A program made the translations under genes and the position numbers. 64,000 nucleotides of DNA, from NCBI GenBank assembly GCA_023205875.1, contig CP060758.1:372001-436000 (forward strand), read 5' to 3'. Shown here in pieces: positions 20,269 through 33,526 of this stretch (the stretch's first letter is position 1; every line of letters begins with the position of its first letter). Source of the DNA: Chloropicon primus (lineage: Eukaryota). The notes under the pieces are model-generated. The model had not been told where the DNA came from, did not search any database, and was given only the letters and a program-made list of their open reading frames with translations.

Positions 20269-21706
20269 ATGCTGGGGTCTCAGGCGAAGAACCGGATGAT
20301 AGAAACGATGGCGAAAGAGCCCTCGCCCTCGCAGCTGAATACTGCGAACTACGGCAACTTCTTGAAGGTGAGGAGTGTGTGCGTGCGTGTTTGTGTGGTC
20401 AGCAGCGCGGTTTCGGTTTCAGGTGCTTGACACGAGGACTTCCTAGTCCCAGAACGATGACGCTGACCCCCTTGCTTTTACTTCTTGTTCTTCTTAGGTG
20501 TCGAAGGACAAGCTGAGCGTGCAGTACATTGGGAAGGGTTCCCACAGCAACGACGTGGGCGCGATCCAGGCGGACAGCCCAGTACCGAGCGACGTTCTGG
20601 TGTACTACTACGAGGTTCACGTCCGCGACGCGGGCGAGAGGGGGGTGATAGCGGTGGGCTTTGCGGACTTTCACTTCCGCCTTAGCCGGCAGCCCGGCTG
20701 GGAGCCGAACTCGTACGGCTACCACGCGGACGACGGAAACAAGTTTCACAATAGCGGCAAGGGTGAGGAGTACGGCCCGAGCTTTGTCCAGGGCGACACG
20801 GTGGGCGCGGGAATCCACTTGGAGAACAGGGACATATTCTTCACGAAGAATGGAAAAAAGCTCGGGGTGGCCTTCAGCAACGTCAAGGCCACGCTCTTCC
20901 CCACCGTGGGGCTTCACTCGCAGAACGAGCACGTGGAGGTGAACTTCGGGGCGAAGCCCTTCCAGTTCGACATAGAGGGGATGATCGCCGAGGAGAGGGA
21001 GCAGAGGCAGTTCGCGGTCCTCCAGAGCGAGATCCCCGCCAACGCTTGCCACAACATCGTGTGCAGCTACCTTAAGCACTACGGGTACGCGGATACCCTG
21101 AAGGCCTTCGACGAGGACTCATTCAAGGACCAGCTGAGGTCGAACGAGGAGAACCTCCAGGCCTTCAGCCTGGAGGACAGGAAGCGGGTTAGGAACATGC
21201 TTTTCGAGGGCAACATCGAGGGGGCCAGGCAGCTTCTCATCGGCAGGCAGCCCCAGCTCGCGCACTCCCAGACCGAGACCCCCTTCCTGGACGCCTTCTT
21301 CCACCTGAGCGTGCAGCAGTTCATCGAGCTCCTGCGGCAGGAGAAGATCTCCGAGGCGGTGGAGCACGCGAGGACCTCCTTCTCCACTTTCCAGGGCCAC
21401 TCGGACCAGATTGACCAGCACCTCGAGGACGTCCTGGCCCTCCTGGCTTACAAGGACCCCTACACGAGTCCGATGGGGTACCTCATGACAACGACTCAGA
21501 GGGAGGCTGTGGCGGACGCCATCAACTCCGCGATGCTCGAGGCCTCCAGCAACGTCCCGACCCCCTACGCTTCCTCGGGCGGCTCCAAGACCAGCAAGTC
21601 GGTCCTGGAGAAGATTTTGGTGCAGCTCTGCCGGGTCCAGGCCGAGATCCGCAGGAAGAACGAGAACAAGGGGGAGATCTTCAACCTCGAGGACCACATC
21701 GCTTGA
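20269..21706 (+). CDS. RanBPM: RanBPM / RanBP9-10 homolog (SPRY-LisH-CTLH-CRA; GID/CTLH complex)
   Basis: Exons 20269-20367 (start could be 20296 or 20308) and 20498-21706. Motifs YYYEV, QPGWEPNSYGYHADDG, FFTKNG, YLKHYGYADT and LALLAYKDP. Confidence 0.9.
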
Positions 21707-22050
21707 AAAAAGTAAGAAGACATTCTTGGGACAATTGTCGTCATTCATCTATAGCTTCACACCGTCGCCGTCGTCGGGCCTTTTCATCGCCCGATCGATC
21801 CCCCGTCCCCCCGTTCTTCCCTCGAGTGGGGGCTCTTTGGAGAGGGCGGAAAGGGACAACACATCCATCACTCCGCTCATCCTCTTGCCCTCACCCCTTG
21901 TCTCCTCAATCGGCCTCAATGAACCGCCGTCCTCCTCCCTCCCCCCAAGATATATATATATATATATTAGTTTTGTGAAGGAAAATGCATCGATAAGCAA
22001 AAGCGTTGCACTCCCATCCTCTCTCAGAGATCGAGAAAACACCCCTTGCT

Positions 22051-22335
22051 TGTCCTGTCCTGTCCTGTCCTTGTCCAAGGCAAAGGCCTCCTCATCAGTT
22101 ACACTCCATCCTGGTGGTGTCCTCTCTCTCTCTCTCCTCCTTCCCTGCTCTCCTCCGCCACTCCGTCGTTGCTGAAAGATATCCGAAGCCAGCGGACGAT
22201 ACCAAGGCGTGAAGCAATCGAGCAAACATTGTCCTGTCCTGTCCTTGTCCAAGGCAAAGGCCTCCTCATCAGTTACACTCCATCCTGGTGGTGTCCTCTC
22301 TCTCTCTCTCCCCTTCCCTGCTCTCCTCCATCCGT
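22051..22335. repeat. Intergenic direct repeat (~100 bp x2, period 174) upstream of FNR
   Basis: ttgtccaaggcaaaggcctcctcatcagttacactccatcctggtggtgtcc starts at both 22071 and 22245. Confidence 0.9.
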
Positions 22336-22507
22336 TGTGAAAATCTCGTTCGCCAGATCGTGAGGCGGTCGAGGCTCGACACAGGATAACGCCGAACCCT
22401 GTACTAATCCCATCTTAGAGAGAGAGGCCTCAAGGCCCAGGAGCGACGAGCGACGACAGAGAACGCGAAGCTCGGACGACCGACGTAACACAAAGAGGAA
22501 CGGAACC

Positions 22508-23796
22508 ATGCAGTTCGCGACCAAGAACCAGGTAAGACGAGGGGACGACCGCGAAACCCGAAGTTCATCGTCGTCCGCATGCGGCCTCTTTTTTTTTTTT
22601 TTTCGTTCTTCCTTTCTCCTTCTTCGGCTTTGCTTCTCCTTGCGGGAATGATGACGGCATGCGGAAGACTGACGCAAGGTTTTTTTCGTTTCGTTGCTCT
22701 GGAATTGAACTAGATGAAGACGAAGGCTTTCGTGACCGGAGGGGTGAGGCCCCAGGTCCTGCGCCAGGCCAGGCGCGCGCAAAGGAAGGTGCCGCAGCTC
22801 CAGGCGAGGCAGATCCGCTGCGCGGCGGAGGTCCAGTCCACCCCGACCTACATGGCGACCTACGACGCGAAGAAGTCCGTGCCTTCCATCAACGAGGACT
22901 ACGAGAAGCCTCCTTCGAACACCTTCACCCCAAAGAAGCCTTTGGAGGCGGAGATCGTGTCCGTGGAGAGGATCGTGGGGCCAAACGCGACCGGGGAGAC
23001 GTGCCACATCGTCATCAAGACCGACGGCAAGATTCCATTCATCGAGGGCCAGTCCTACGGGATCATCCCTCCAGGGGAGAAGACGATGCCTTCCGGAAAG
23101 ACCAAGCCCCACGCTCCCCGTCTTTACTCCATCGCTTCCACCCGTTACGGAGACAAGTACGACGGAAACACCACCTCCCTGTGCGTCAGGCGCGCCACCT
23201 TCTGGTGCCCAGAGCTCCAGGCCGAGGACCCGGCCAAGAAGGGCATCTGCTCCAACTTCTTGTGCGATGCCAAGCCAGGCGACAAGGTCTTGATGACCGG
23301 ACCTGTCGGGACTAGCATGATCCTCAACGAGGAGGACCCTAACGCCGTTCACATCATGGTTGCCACCGGAACCGGAATCGCCCCTTACAGGTCCTACTGG
23401 AGAAGGATGTTCCTCGAGGACACCCCATTCAAGTTCACCGGACTCGCCTGGTTGTTCATGGGTGTTGCGAACTCTGACGCCACCCTCTACGACGACGAGC
23501 TTAACGAGATCTTGAAGAACTACCCTGAGCAGTTCAGAGTGGACTACGCTTTGTCTCGCGAGCAGAAGAACAAGAACGGGGGCAAGATGTACATCCAGGA
23601 CAAGATGGAGGAGTACGCCGACCAGATCTTCGATTTGCTCGAGAACGGAGCCATCATGTACGTTTGCGGTTTGAAGGGTATGATGCCTGGAATCAACGAG
23701 ATGCTCGAGAAGGTTGCCAAGGGTAAGGGCAAGGACTGGTCCGAGATGCAGAAGGACCTTAAGAAGAAGGGGCAGTGGCACGTTGAGGTCTACTAA
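22508..23796 (+). CDS. petH: Ferredoxin-NADP+ reductase, chloroplast
   Basis: Exons 22508-22531 and 22714-23796. Transit peptide, then [30 protein letters not shown] and terminal WHVEVY. Confidence 0.96.
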
Positions 23797-23974
23797 ATAC
23801 CCCGGCTTTTGCGCGATCAGATTCTTAGTTAATAAATGTAATTGCATTTAGCGATCAAGCGATCAATACCTCACTACCTGTGGTCCACTTAAAACTAGTA
23901 GTACAACGTCATCTGCGTTACATATATACATATATATTTACAAAAAGCCCCTCGAGGGGCGTGGACCCTCCTCC

Positions 23975-25906
23975 TCACGGGTTCCTCCCCCTTTTCCTCG
24001 GCGGCTGCGCTTGGTGGTCGACCCTCGACCCTCGGCCCTCGGCCCTTGATTGCACCACGAACTGCGCGCCGTGCCAGAACTTCTCGAGATACTCCTGATC
24101 TGCCGGCTTGGCGGCCCTGCAAAGCAAGTCGAAAACGGGCAGCTCGGAAAGGGGCCCTTCCGGCGGCAGGTGATGCCCCGCCCCCACCGTGGCACGCCCT
24201 CGCGCATCGCCGACTACGGGCAGCTCGGGAAAAGTTCCTTCGGGCGCGGGCGTGAACTTGTTTACGCGGGACCTCTTCAGGCATCTCGCCGCTGGTGGCT
24301 CAAAATTTTCTCCGGTCAAGTTGGTCAGGTGCTTCATGATCCTAGCGATCCTTTGCTGCTTCCTGTGAATGTCCCACCACCTTCCCGGCCTCTGGGCGAC
24401 CTGCCACACTTCGTACTTGATCTCGTCCTGGCTCTTCAGTATCGGGGTGAACCCCCTGAGCTCCACGTCTTCAAGGAGCCCATACTTCGCAGACTTCTCG
24501 ACAAAGGCGTCATGAGCACCGAAATAATCGTTGTCCCTCAGGAACGAAGCGAGGCCGTCAACAAAATTCTTGTGCTCCGCGCGCAGCTGCTCGTTTTCTG
24601 TCCCCTTGAGGTGCACCAAAATATCCTTGTTCGAGTCGAGCCAGCTGGTGAATATGTTGATCGCGGGCAGGCCCAGAGAATCCAGGCCACCGATTCTCCT
24701 GCAGTAGTTCAAGATCTGGAACTGCACGGACGCCACCACCATCAGGTATCTCGACACGAATTCCTTTGTGTTGCCCGACCCCTCGGCAGAAACCTTCGCG
24801 GACAACCTATCCTGCATCGATATGTGGACATTGCACATGCAAAGCACCGCCACCTTGATGAAGAAATAGACTACGTGGACGTCCTTCACTTGCCTGGGGT
24901 TTGGGGTCGCCAAGCGCCTCTTTTGATCCTCCGGACTGAGGAGGCAGAACTGACTGAACTGCTGAAGGAAATTGTCGCAGTGATCCCCCAGCGCGCTGGT
25001 GGTGTCACCCGGGACACCACTGAAGAGCTCTGCCGATGCCGAGAGCAAGTGCGTAACGCACGAGTATGCGCTGAAGCCCGGCTCTGCTCCAGGCGTCGAA
25101 GCCCCCCGCGCGCTTCTCCTGGACCTCTTGACCCTCTCGAAAAGCAACTTAAAGTTGTCCTTTATTGTGGGGAAGGGAGCTTCCGAGAAGAGGGCACGGT
25201 AGTTGTGGTACACCGCCCGCAGGTCTTCCCTGGTGTACTGAAAGATCACGCAGAGCTGGTTGTGGGGATTGCCACTCTGGGGACACAAGTAGGCGGCCTG
25301 CCTGTAGCAGGCCGTCGAGAGCGCGAAGCTCCACTTGGAGCTTGGCTTGAGCTGCGTCTGGGCGTACCTGAGCACGTCCCCAAGGAAGATCAGGCTCTCG
25401 TAACAGGTGAAGCAGCAAGGGTCCATCGTCCTCGGCAAGACCTTCGGACCCTTGTGCGGGGTTTTCTTCCAGTCCTCACCCGGGAGAATGATCCCAACGC
25501 TACCGTACTTCTGCTGCACGCCCCGGATGACCTCCACGTAGAACCTCTCCGCGTTCTTCAGGAAGGAGGTGAAGATCTCGCGGTGTCGGTCCCTGTCCCG
25601 CGCCACCGACTCGTTTCCCGCGGCCGCAGCTTCATCGTACTTCCTCTGCTGGCACCTGAGCCTCTCTATCGGCCCGTAAAACACGGTCCGCCACAGGTTT
25701 CGCCCCACGTCACTGTGGTGCGTCGCCCTCTGGTTCAGTTTCACCAGCTTGAGGTAGTTCTGTTTCAGCTTCTCTCTCAAGACTGCTGCCCTTGGAACGA
25801 ACACGTCCGACTTCTCCAACAGGGATGACAGCTCCTTCTGGCACTCCTCGGCCCCCCGAAGGAGCTTCCTGACGCCAGGAGGAATCCCATCCCTCAAGTC
25901 TCTCAT
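23975..25906 (-). CDS. SMG7: EST1/SMG7-family protein (NMD/telomerase)
   Basis: Motifs LWRTVFY..IERLR, LIFLGDVLRY, YRQAAYLCPQSGNPHNQL and LLEDVELRGFTP. Confidence 0.8.
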   Translation of the reverse strand: MRDLRDGIPPGVRKLLRGAEECQKELSSLLEKSDVFVPRAAVLREKLKQNYLKLVKLNQRATHHSDVGRNLWRTVFYGPIERLRCQQRKYDEAAAAGNESVARDRDRHREIFTSFLKNAERFYVEVIRGVQQKYGSVGIILPGEDWKKTPHKGPKVLPRTMDPCCFTCYESLIFLGDVLRYAQTQLKPSSKWSFALSTACYRQAAYLCPQSGNPHNQLCVIFQYTREDLRAVYHNYRALFSEAPFPTIKDNFKLLFERVKRSRRSARGASTPGAEPGFSAYSCVTHLLSASAELFSGVPGDTTSALGDHCDNFLQQFSQFCLLSPEDQKRRLATPNPRQVKDVHVVYFFIKVAVLCMCNVHISMQDRLSAKVSAEGSGNTKEFVSRYLMVVASVQFQILNYCRRIGGLDSLGLPAINIFTSWLDSNKDILVHLKGTENEQLRAEHKNFVDGLASFLRDNDYFGAHDAFVEKSAKYGLLEDVELRGFTPILKSQDEIKYEVWQVAQRPGRWWDIHRKQQRIARIMKHLTNLTGENFEPPAARCLKRSRVNKFTPAPEGTFPELPVVGDARGRATVGAGHHLPPEGPLSELPVFDLLCRAAKPADQEYLEKFWHGAQFVVQSRAEGRGSRVDHQAQPPRKRGRNP

Positions 25907-25971
25907 CTCAACAACCCAGTGTTGCAGTTGTTTTCCGATTCTAATCCCCCGTCACGACGTCATTCGCTTCA

Positions 25972-26200
25972 ACGGAGGGAATCGATCGAAAGCTCGCGAG
26001 AAGGAGCTTCCGTCGGTCCCTCCAACGCCCTCCTCACCGCCCCTAAGCCACGCCCGCCTGCAAATCATCCAAAAGAAGAAAGAGCACAAGAGTTCGATCA
26101 ATCAACCGATCAATCGATCTCTTCCAAGTCAGTCAAGGCTTCACTCGACGGACGGAGGGGATCGATCGAAAGCTCGCGAGAAGGCGCTGCCGCCGGTGAC
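25972..26200. repeat. ~45-bp direct repeat (period 180) in the divergent SMG7/RUVBL2 promoter
   Basis: acggaggg(a/g)atcgatcgaaagctcgcgagaagg occurs at 25972 and 26152. Confidence 0.8.
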
Positions 26201-26324
26201 CCTCCCCTGCCTCTGTTCCCTCCCTCGCGCTCCTCGCTTACCGCCCGGCCCCTCGACCTCGACTTGATCGATCGCGCGATCGGTTTGAAGAACTCGTCCT
26301 TCGCGCGCAAAGCAGAAAGAATAG

Positions 26325-28119
<1,795 letters not shown>

Positions 28120-28218
28120 AGCGGAGCGGAGTAAAAAAAAAAATTGTAAATTCGAAAGAGAGGGCTTCTATTTTTAGGTTCCCTGCGGCGACCAAGACCG
28201 CCCCACCACCCCCAAGCT

Positions 28219-29772
28219 TCACTGGGTTTTCCCGCTGGACTGGAATTCTTGGATCGCCGATTTCAGGGAGTGGTTCGGGATCACGTGCGTGTGGCGGAGC
28301 TCCAAATTCGTCCTCGGAGAAGTCTTGTGCTCCTTGAGCCACCGTTTTATCGCTTCCCTTTCGTACGTGTGGCCATCGGCCGCGATCACCGGATTCGCCA
28401 TGAGATCCTGGGTTATCGGGCAAAAGAACGCGGCGGGGACGGTGTTCTTCCTCCCGGCGTCCTCGCCCTTCGCGAACGCGTCGAAGAAGAGCTCGGGGTC
28501 GTCCTCCTCGGCTTCGGCGAGGCAGGTGTCCAGGAACTTTTCCAAGTTCTCGGGAGATTTCAGCGGCAGCTTGTCCTCGACCGGCGCCGCCGCGTGGTCC
28601 CTGCTCTGCTCGCACTTGTCCCCCGGGCTCCTCCCGCCTTGGTGGGTCCCGTGACTGGCGGTGGCCTTCTTCCCCTTCCCGTCCCTCTCGGCGAGCGAAG
28701 CGGCAGAGTCGGTCCTGGCTCTCGGCTTCGATTCCCCCAGGTGCGTGTGGGAGCTGTTCCTCGACGGCAGCGCGCCCTGCGGACCGAGAGCTCTCTGGAA
28801 GGCCTTGCGTCTCTGGTTCAGCCACCGCAGGGCCGCCCCGCAGCCAGGGACGACCCTTGATCTCCACGCCGAGTACACGGCCCGCACGCCCTCCCCGACC
28901 CTCGCCCTGAACCTCTTGTCCCGGTGCATCTTGTTCACCAGGTAGGTGAAGCCCGCCACGAGGACCACGAGCTTCACCTGCTTCCTGGTGTGCCTCTTCC
29001 TCTCCCTCCTCAGCTCGTTCTCGATCGCGGAGATGGCCTTGGCCCTCGCCCGCCGGCGGGACAGGGCCTTGCTGACGATCTCCTTCCCCGTCTCCTCGTA
29101 GTCGTCCTGCAGGGTGGTCAGGACGGCCTCCAGGCTGCGCTTGTCCGAGAAGCTCTTCGCCTCGTAGATGGCCTGGAGCGCGTCGATGATCTCCTCCTTG
29201 ACGGCCTCCTCCTCCCGAAACTTCTGGTACCCGAGGGGGTTCGGGATCCCGAGCAGCTCCCCTCGAAGCTTCACCAGCTTGCCCCTCTCCTGCTCCACCA
29301 TCTCCTTCAAGTCGTTCGAGATTTTGCTCATGATCTCGTCCTTGTCGCCCTTGTCGGAGGAGTCCTTGTCGCCCTTGTCGGAGGAGCCCTTGTCCTGCTC
29401 GCGGAAGGGCATCCTCGGGACGCTCTGCAGCAGCGAGGGCGGGGGGGAGGGGGGCTCCGACGAGGAGGCCGAGGAGGACGACGCTCCGGGCTTGGTCTTG
29501 GTCTTGGGCTTCGACGAGGACGACGAGGACGTGCCCGGGGGGTTCGTGGGGACTACGACATCGTCGTCGTTGTCCCCCTCGCGCGCCGTCGTCGTCGCCT
29601 TCGTCGTCGTCTTCGTCGCGGCCTTGGACCCCTTCTTCAGCTCCTTGGCCGGAGGCGGCCCGGCACCGCCACCGGGAGCCCTCTTCTTCCTCCTCCAGGA
29701 AGAAGAGGAGGAGGAGGAGGAGGAGGAGGAGGAGGAGGAGGAGCTCGCGTTGTCGTCCGCGGCGGCGACCAT
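28219..29772 (-). CDS. U-box E3 ubiquitin ligase-like protein with low-complexity N-terminus and one candidate TM helix
   Basis: C-terminal FFCPITQDLMANPVIAADGHTYERE...SPRTN...PNHSL. The start codon is uncertain because of a poly-Ser region. Confidence 0.82.
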   Translation of the reverse strand: MVAAADDNASSSSSSSSSSSSSSSSWRRKKRAPGGGAGPPPAKELKKGSKAATKTTTKATTTAREGDNDDDVVVPTNPPGTSSSSSSKPKTKTKPGASSSSASSSEPPSPPPSLLQSVPRMPFREQDKGSSDKGDKDSSDKGDKDEIMSKISNDLKEMVEQERGKLVKLRGELLGIPNPLGYQKFREEEAVKEEIIDALQAIYEAKSFSDKRSLEAVLTTLQDDYEETGKEIVSKALSRRRARAKAISAIENELRRERKRHTRKQVKLVVLVAGFTYLVNKMHRDKRFRARVGEGVRAVYSAWRSRVVPGCGAALRWLNQRRKAFQRALGPQGALPSRNSSHTHLGESKPRARTDSAASLAERDGKGKKATASHGTHQGGRSPGDKCEQSRDHAAAPVEDKLPLKSPENLEKFLDTCLAEAEEDDPELFFDAFAKGEDAGRKNTVPAAFFCPITQDLMANPVIAADGHTYEREAIKRWLKEHKTSPRTNLELRHTHVIPNHSLKSAIQEFQSSGKTQ

Positions 29773-30631
29773 CCGTCAGTCCGTCGACGTCCGAGCACAA
29801 GCAAGGACGAAGAATTGCAAGCACACACAAGAAAAAAGACAAGGACTTCTCTCCAGTCGTCGTCGTCGTCGTCGTCGTCGTCGTTGCACAAAAAAAAAAA
29901 AAAGCAGAGAGGACCACAACAACAACAACAAGGAGTAGGACCACAGCACAATGACACCAAGTCCGTCGCGTCGCGGTCGCCCCTCACCCGACGAGACGAC
30001 AAACCCAACAAAAAACAACCCCCTTTGGCTCCTTCCAAAAGCCGTTACATCTTCAGGGGTTTCGTAACGGTTGTAACGTCTGGTTACACCCTAATGCCGA
30101 CCCCCGAGAGAGGGAGTCGTCCAAGGATAGCGAGTCGGAGGTTGAATTTTTTTTTTTTTTGGAAGTTCGAGATGGTTTCATGTAGGTTTTCCCATTGTGT
30201 TGACCGCGTCAAAGTTTTTTTTTTCGTTTTTGGTGAAAGATTTCACATGCGACGCGTCGAGCCCAAAGGTCTCCTTCATCGCTTGCACGAAAAGGGACTC
30301 GAGACCGGGAGGGGCATTGACTTGAGTTGACTCCCAAGACAATCGCGACGACGACCCGACGAACGAAGGTGAAGATTTGTGACATTGGCATTGGCATTGG
30401 ATCCGCCTTCCTTCCATAGTCTTCCTTGGTTGCTCTTCTTGGCGTTGGATCGCGATCGATTGGTCGAACGAGGCGACGACCCCCCGGAACAACACCGTCG
30501 TCGCGATCAACCCGCATTGTCGGCTTGAGACAGAGAGAGAGAGAGAGACGCAAGTGCGGCTTGGATCTCACGCCGGCGCACCTGTCCGATCCAATCGCGC
30601 GACTCCCCGGACACCTGTCGATCTCCTGTCT

Positions 30632-32134
30632 ATGTTGCGAGGGTGCGACGGGTTGCTGTCGCCTCCTGAGGCCAAAGGTGGTGCAGCAGCAGCAGCAGCC
30701 TCGGCCGCTTCCCTGGAGGACGACGGGGGCCTGATGATGGACATGTTCATGATCAAGGACAAGAACGGGGAGGAGATGTTCGACACGTCGGAGATCGACT
30801 TTTACGACCTGCTGGGGCTGGACGAGTACGACCTGGACGAGTCCTCCCCGAACAACGCGTCGTCCAGGAGCCTGGGCAGCTCGTACGGCCACAGCGACTA
30901 CACGGGCGCGAGCCCCCAGCAGGAACCCCGCGACAACAACAACGACAACAGTGCCCCGACGCTCAAGTTCAGGGAGTTCCAGCGCCCCGTCTCCGCGAGC
31001 TACTACAGGACCCAGAGCTTCGCGGCGGACCAGGCCACTTGGAGGGAGGACCTCGAGCTGGACTACCTGCAGTCCTCGCCGCCGAGGCCGACGAGGTCCT
31101 TGTCCTGCCCGGAGAGCCACGCTTCGGGGCAGGACAGCATCTTCGTGTACGAGGACCCCCTGCAGGCGGCCTTCCGGGGTCCCGGGGCGGGGCCGGGGCA
31201 GCCCGGCGGGAACCCCAGGGCCCTCCGGGACCACAGCGTGGACGGGTCGTCGACGATGATGAGCCAGTACAACGCCTACCTCCAGCAGTACCCGGGCTAC
31301 GCCGGGGAGGGGGAGCTCCGCATCCACAAGGGGACGGTGATCGCACCGCCGGGGGGCGCTCCCGCTGCCAAGGCCAAGGCCAAGGGCAAGCCCAAGTCGT
31401 CGGCCTCCGCCGCCGCCGCCGCCGCCGAGAAGAAGGAGAAGAAGAAGAAGGCTCCCGCCAGGAGCAGGTCCTCCAGGTTCAGGGGCGTCACGAAGCACAG
31501 GAGGAGCGGCAGGTGGGAGGCGCACATCTGGGTGAGGGAGACAGGGAAGCAGGTCTACCTCGGCGGTTACGAGCGGGAGGATCACGCGGCCGAGGCGTTC
31601 GACGTCGCTGCCCTCAAGTGCAAGGGGAGCAAGGCCAAGATCAACTTTGAGATCCAAAAGTACGAGGAGCTCCTCAAGTACATCCACACCATCACCCTGG
31701 ACGAGCTGGTCATGGCGGTCAGGAGGCAGTCCCAGGGCTTCGCCAGGGGGTCGAGCAAGTTCAGGGGCGTGACCAGGCACCCGAACGGGCGCTGGGAGGC
31801 CCGAATCGGCATGCCTGGGTCCAAGCACATTTACCTCGGGCTCTTCAACGAGGAGCAGGAGGCGGCTCGGGCCTACGACAGGGCCCTCGTGAAACTGAGA
31901 GGCGGCCAGGCCGCGACGAACTTTTCCCTGTCCAACTATAACGAGCAGCTTAAGGAGTACCACCTCGACCAGCACCAGGGCATTCTGGCCAACTCGACCG
32001 CCGCCAAGTCCGCGGCTGCGGCAGGTGCCCCCCCCTCGTCGAAGGGCGACGCCGCCAAAGCCAGTAACACCACTCAAGCAGCAGAGATCTCGCTGTCCAA
32101 GACCATCGCGGACCACGCCGCCAAGTGCATTTGA
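30632..32134 (+). CDS. Double-AP2-domain transcription factor (WRINKLED1/AP2-like)
   Basis: SRFRGVTKHRRSGRWEAHIW...QVYLGG and GFARGSSKFRGVTRHPNGRWEARIG...IYLGLF. Confidence 0.9.
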   Translation: MLRGCDGLLSPPEAKGGAAAAAASAASLEDDGGLMMDMFMIKDKNGEEMFDTSEIDFYDLLGLDEYDLDESSPNNASSRSLGSSYGHSDYTGASPQQEPRDNNNDNSAPTLKFREFQRPVSASYYRTQSFAADQATWREDLELDYLQSSPPRPTRSLSCPESHASGQDSIFVYEDPLQAAFRGPGAGPGQPGGNPRALRDHSVDGSSTMMSQYNAYLQQYPGYAGEGELRIHKGTVIAPPGGAPAAKAKAKGKPKSSASAAAAAAEKKEKKKKAPARSRSSRFRGVTKHRRSGRWEAHIWVRETGKQVYLGGYEREDHAAEAFDVAALKCKGSKAKINFEIQKYEELLKYIHTITLDELVMAVRRQSQGFARGSSKFRGVTRHPNGRWEARIGMPGSKHIYLGLFNEEQEAARAYDRALVKLRGGQAATNFSLSNYNEQLKEYHLDQHQGILANSTAAKSAAAAGAPPSSKGDAAKASNTTQAAEISLSKTIADHAAKCI

Positions 32135-32383
32135 TGGACGGCACGAGCTTGGCTCGGCCTTGGGACTTCTGCTGCGTACATGACTTTCGGTAAAAAAAAA
32201 AAGAATCTTTGTTGTAAAATCGAAAAGGGTAGCTTCTTTGTGTCTTTCTGAGTTGACCACCGCCACCATCGATCGAGGACTCCATCCGCTCGACCCCGCC
32301 CCGCCCTCTGACGACGAATCCTCCGCCAATGGTGGGTGAATGAATTGTTGAATTGTCGTCGTTGTCGCTGTCGTCGTGCCCCT

Positions 32384-32865
32384 TCATCCTTCATCATCCC
32401 TTGCCTTGGTTGCTACTTCGGTTTCCTGAAGCTCAAAGGTCATCTTGACGCGACCCTCCTCCTCCTCCATCTCTGCTTCCAAGCTGTAAGACGCCACCCG
32501 GCCCCCGAACGTGGGAAGGAGCTTGAACCAACCCACGATGGGTATGACAGTCAGCCGGAACAAGATGGTGTCAAACGTGCTGCCCAGAGTCTTGGACTGG
32601 CAATCGATCATTTGGGTCACGAGGCCAACCGTGCTCGCTCCCCAGGACATGACTTGCAGCTCGTGAAGACGGAAGAACAGCGTCGCGGAGGGCGCGGCAG
32701 TGAACTCGTCGCTCCAGGGCGCGCCCGTCCATCGATTCCGAGATCACCATGATGAAAGGCGAGCACCTGAAGAGTTGTGATGTGCTGTACACCAGCTCCT
32801 AGCTCCCGTTCTGGGCCGATGCGTCCGAGGCAAGCAGGTCTCCGCCTCCCTGGTCCTTGATCATC
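32384..32865 (-). pseudogene. Disrupted PAP/fibrillin-like gene fragment
   Basis: Reads NGS*ELVYSTSQLFRCSPF, with TAG at 32799-32801 where a Trp of a G-x-W-E-L-V-Y motif is expected. A frameshift near 32725 leads to FFRLHELQVMSWG...FKLLPTFGGRV. Both ends appear truncated. Confidence 0.6.
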
Positions 32866-32934
32866 TCGCCTTGAGGGGACCTCCTGATTTCTCCCTTCCG
32901 CTGAGACATAACGGGCGAGCACGAGGGCGAACGA

Positions 32935-33042
32935 GGACGAGGATTGGGACTGGAGCAGTGAGGAGAACCCAAGATCGGACGAGGATTCGCACTGGAGCAG
33001 CGGGGAGAACCCAGGATCGGACGAGGATTCGCACTGGAGCAG
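32935..33042. repeat. 42-bp tandem minisatellite (~2.6 copies)
   Basis: The ggatt...actggagcag unit starts at 32941, 32983 and 33025. Confidence 0.9.
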
Positions 33043-33526
33043 CGAGAGTGAATATGAAGATGATTACTAGACACAGCAGGAGAGCAACATTCTTCTTCCT
33101 CTTCTTTTAAGTCCTGATCCGCAGGGGCTGCCTCGAAGTGGCGGACATGAAGTATCACAAGGAAATCAAAGATTGGATCCGATCTCACGTACTCGTGGGC
33201 ACTCCCCCCCCCCCGTCCTGAAGGGGGCCTGTCCTGTCAGAGAGAGAGGAGAGGGAGAGGGAGAGGAGAAACACTTTTGGTTCCCCCCTACCTGTCTCAC
33301 CGAAACTGTGAAAATCCCAGTAAAATGCATTTCATGTACCGAAGATCTTCACCAATTGCGGCGGCCCCGCAAGATGGAATTTGCACTCGCCGTTCGCCGT
33401 TCAAAATCGAGAAAGAGAGCGGCTGAGAGGCGATCGGAGGGAGCGGAGGCGATCGATCGATCGCAGCGACGACGACGACGACCGAGGCAGAGAGAGCGAG
33501 AGAGCGAGAGAGCGGGAAGCAGAAGG

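Noticed and set aside
22273..23847. 524-aa minus-strand ORF
   Set aside because: Antisense shadow of FNR.
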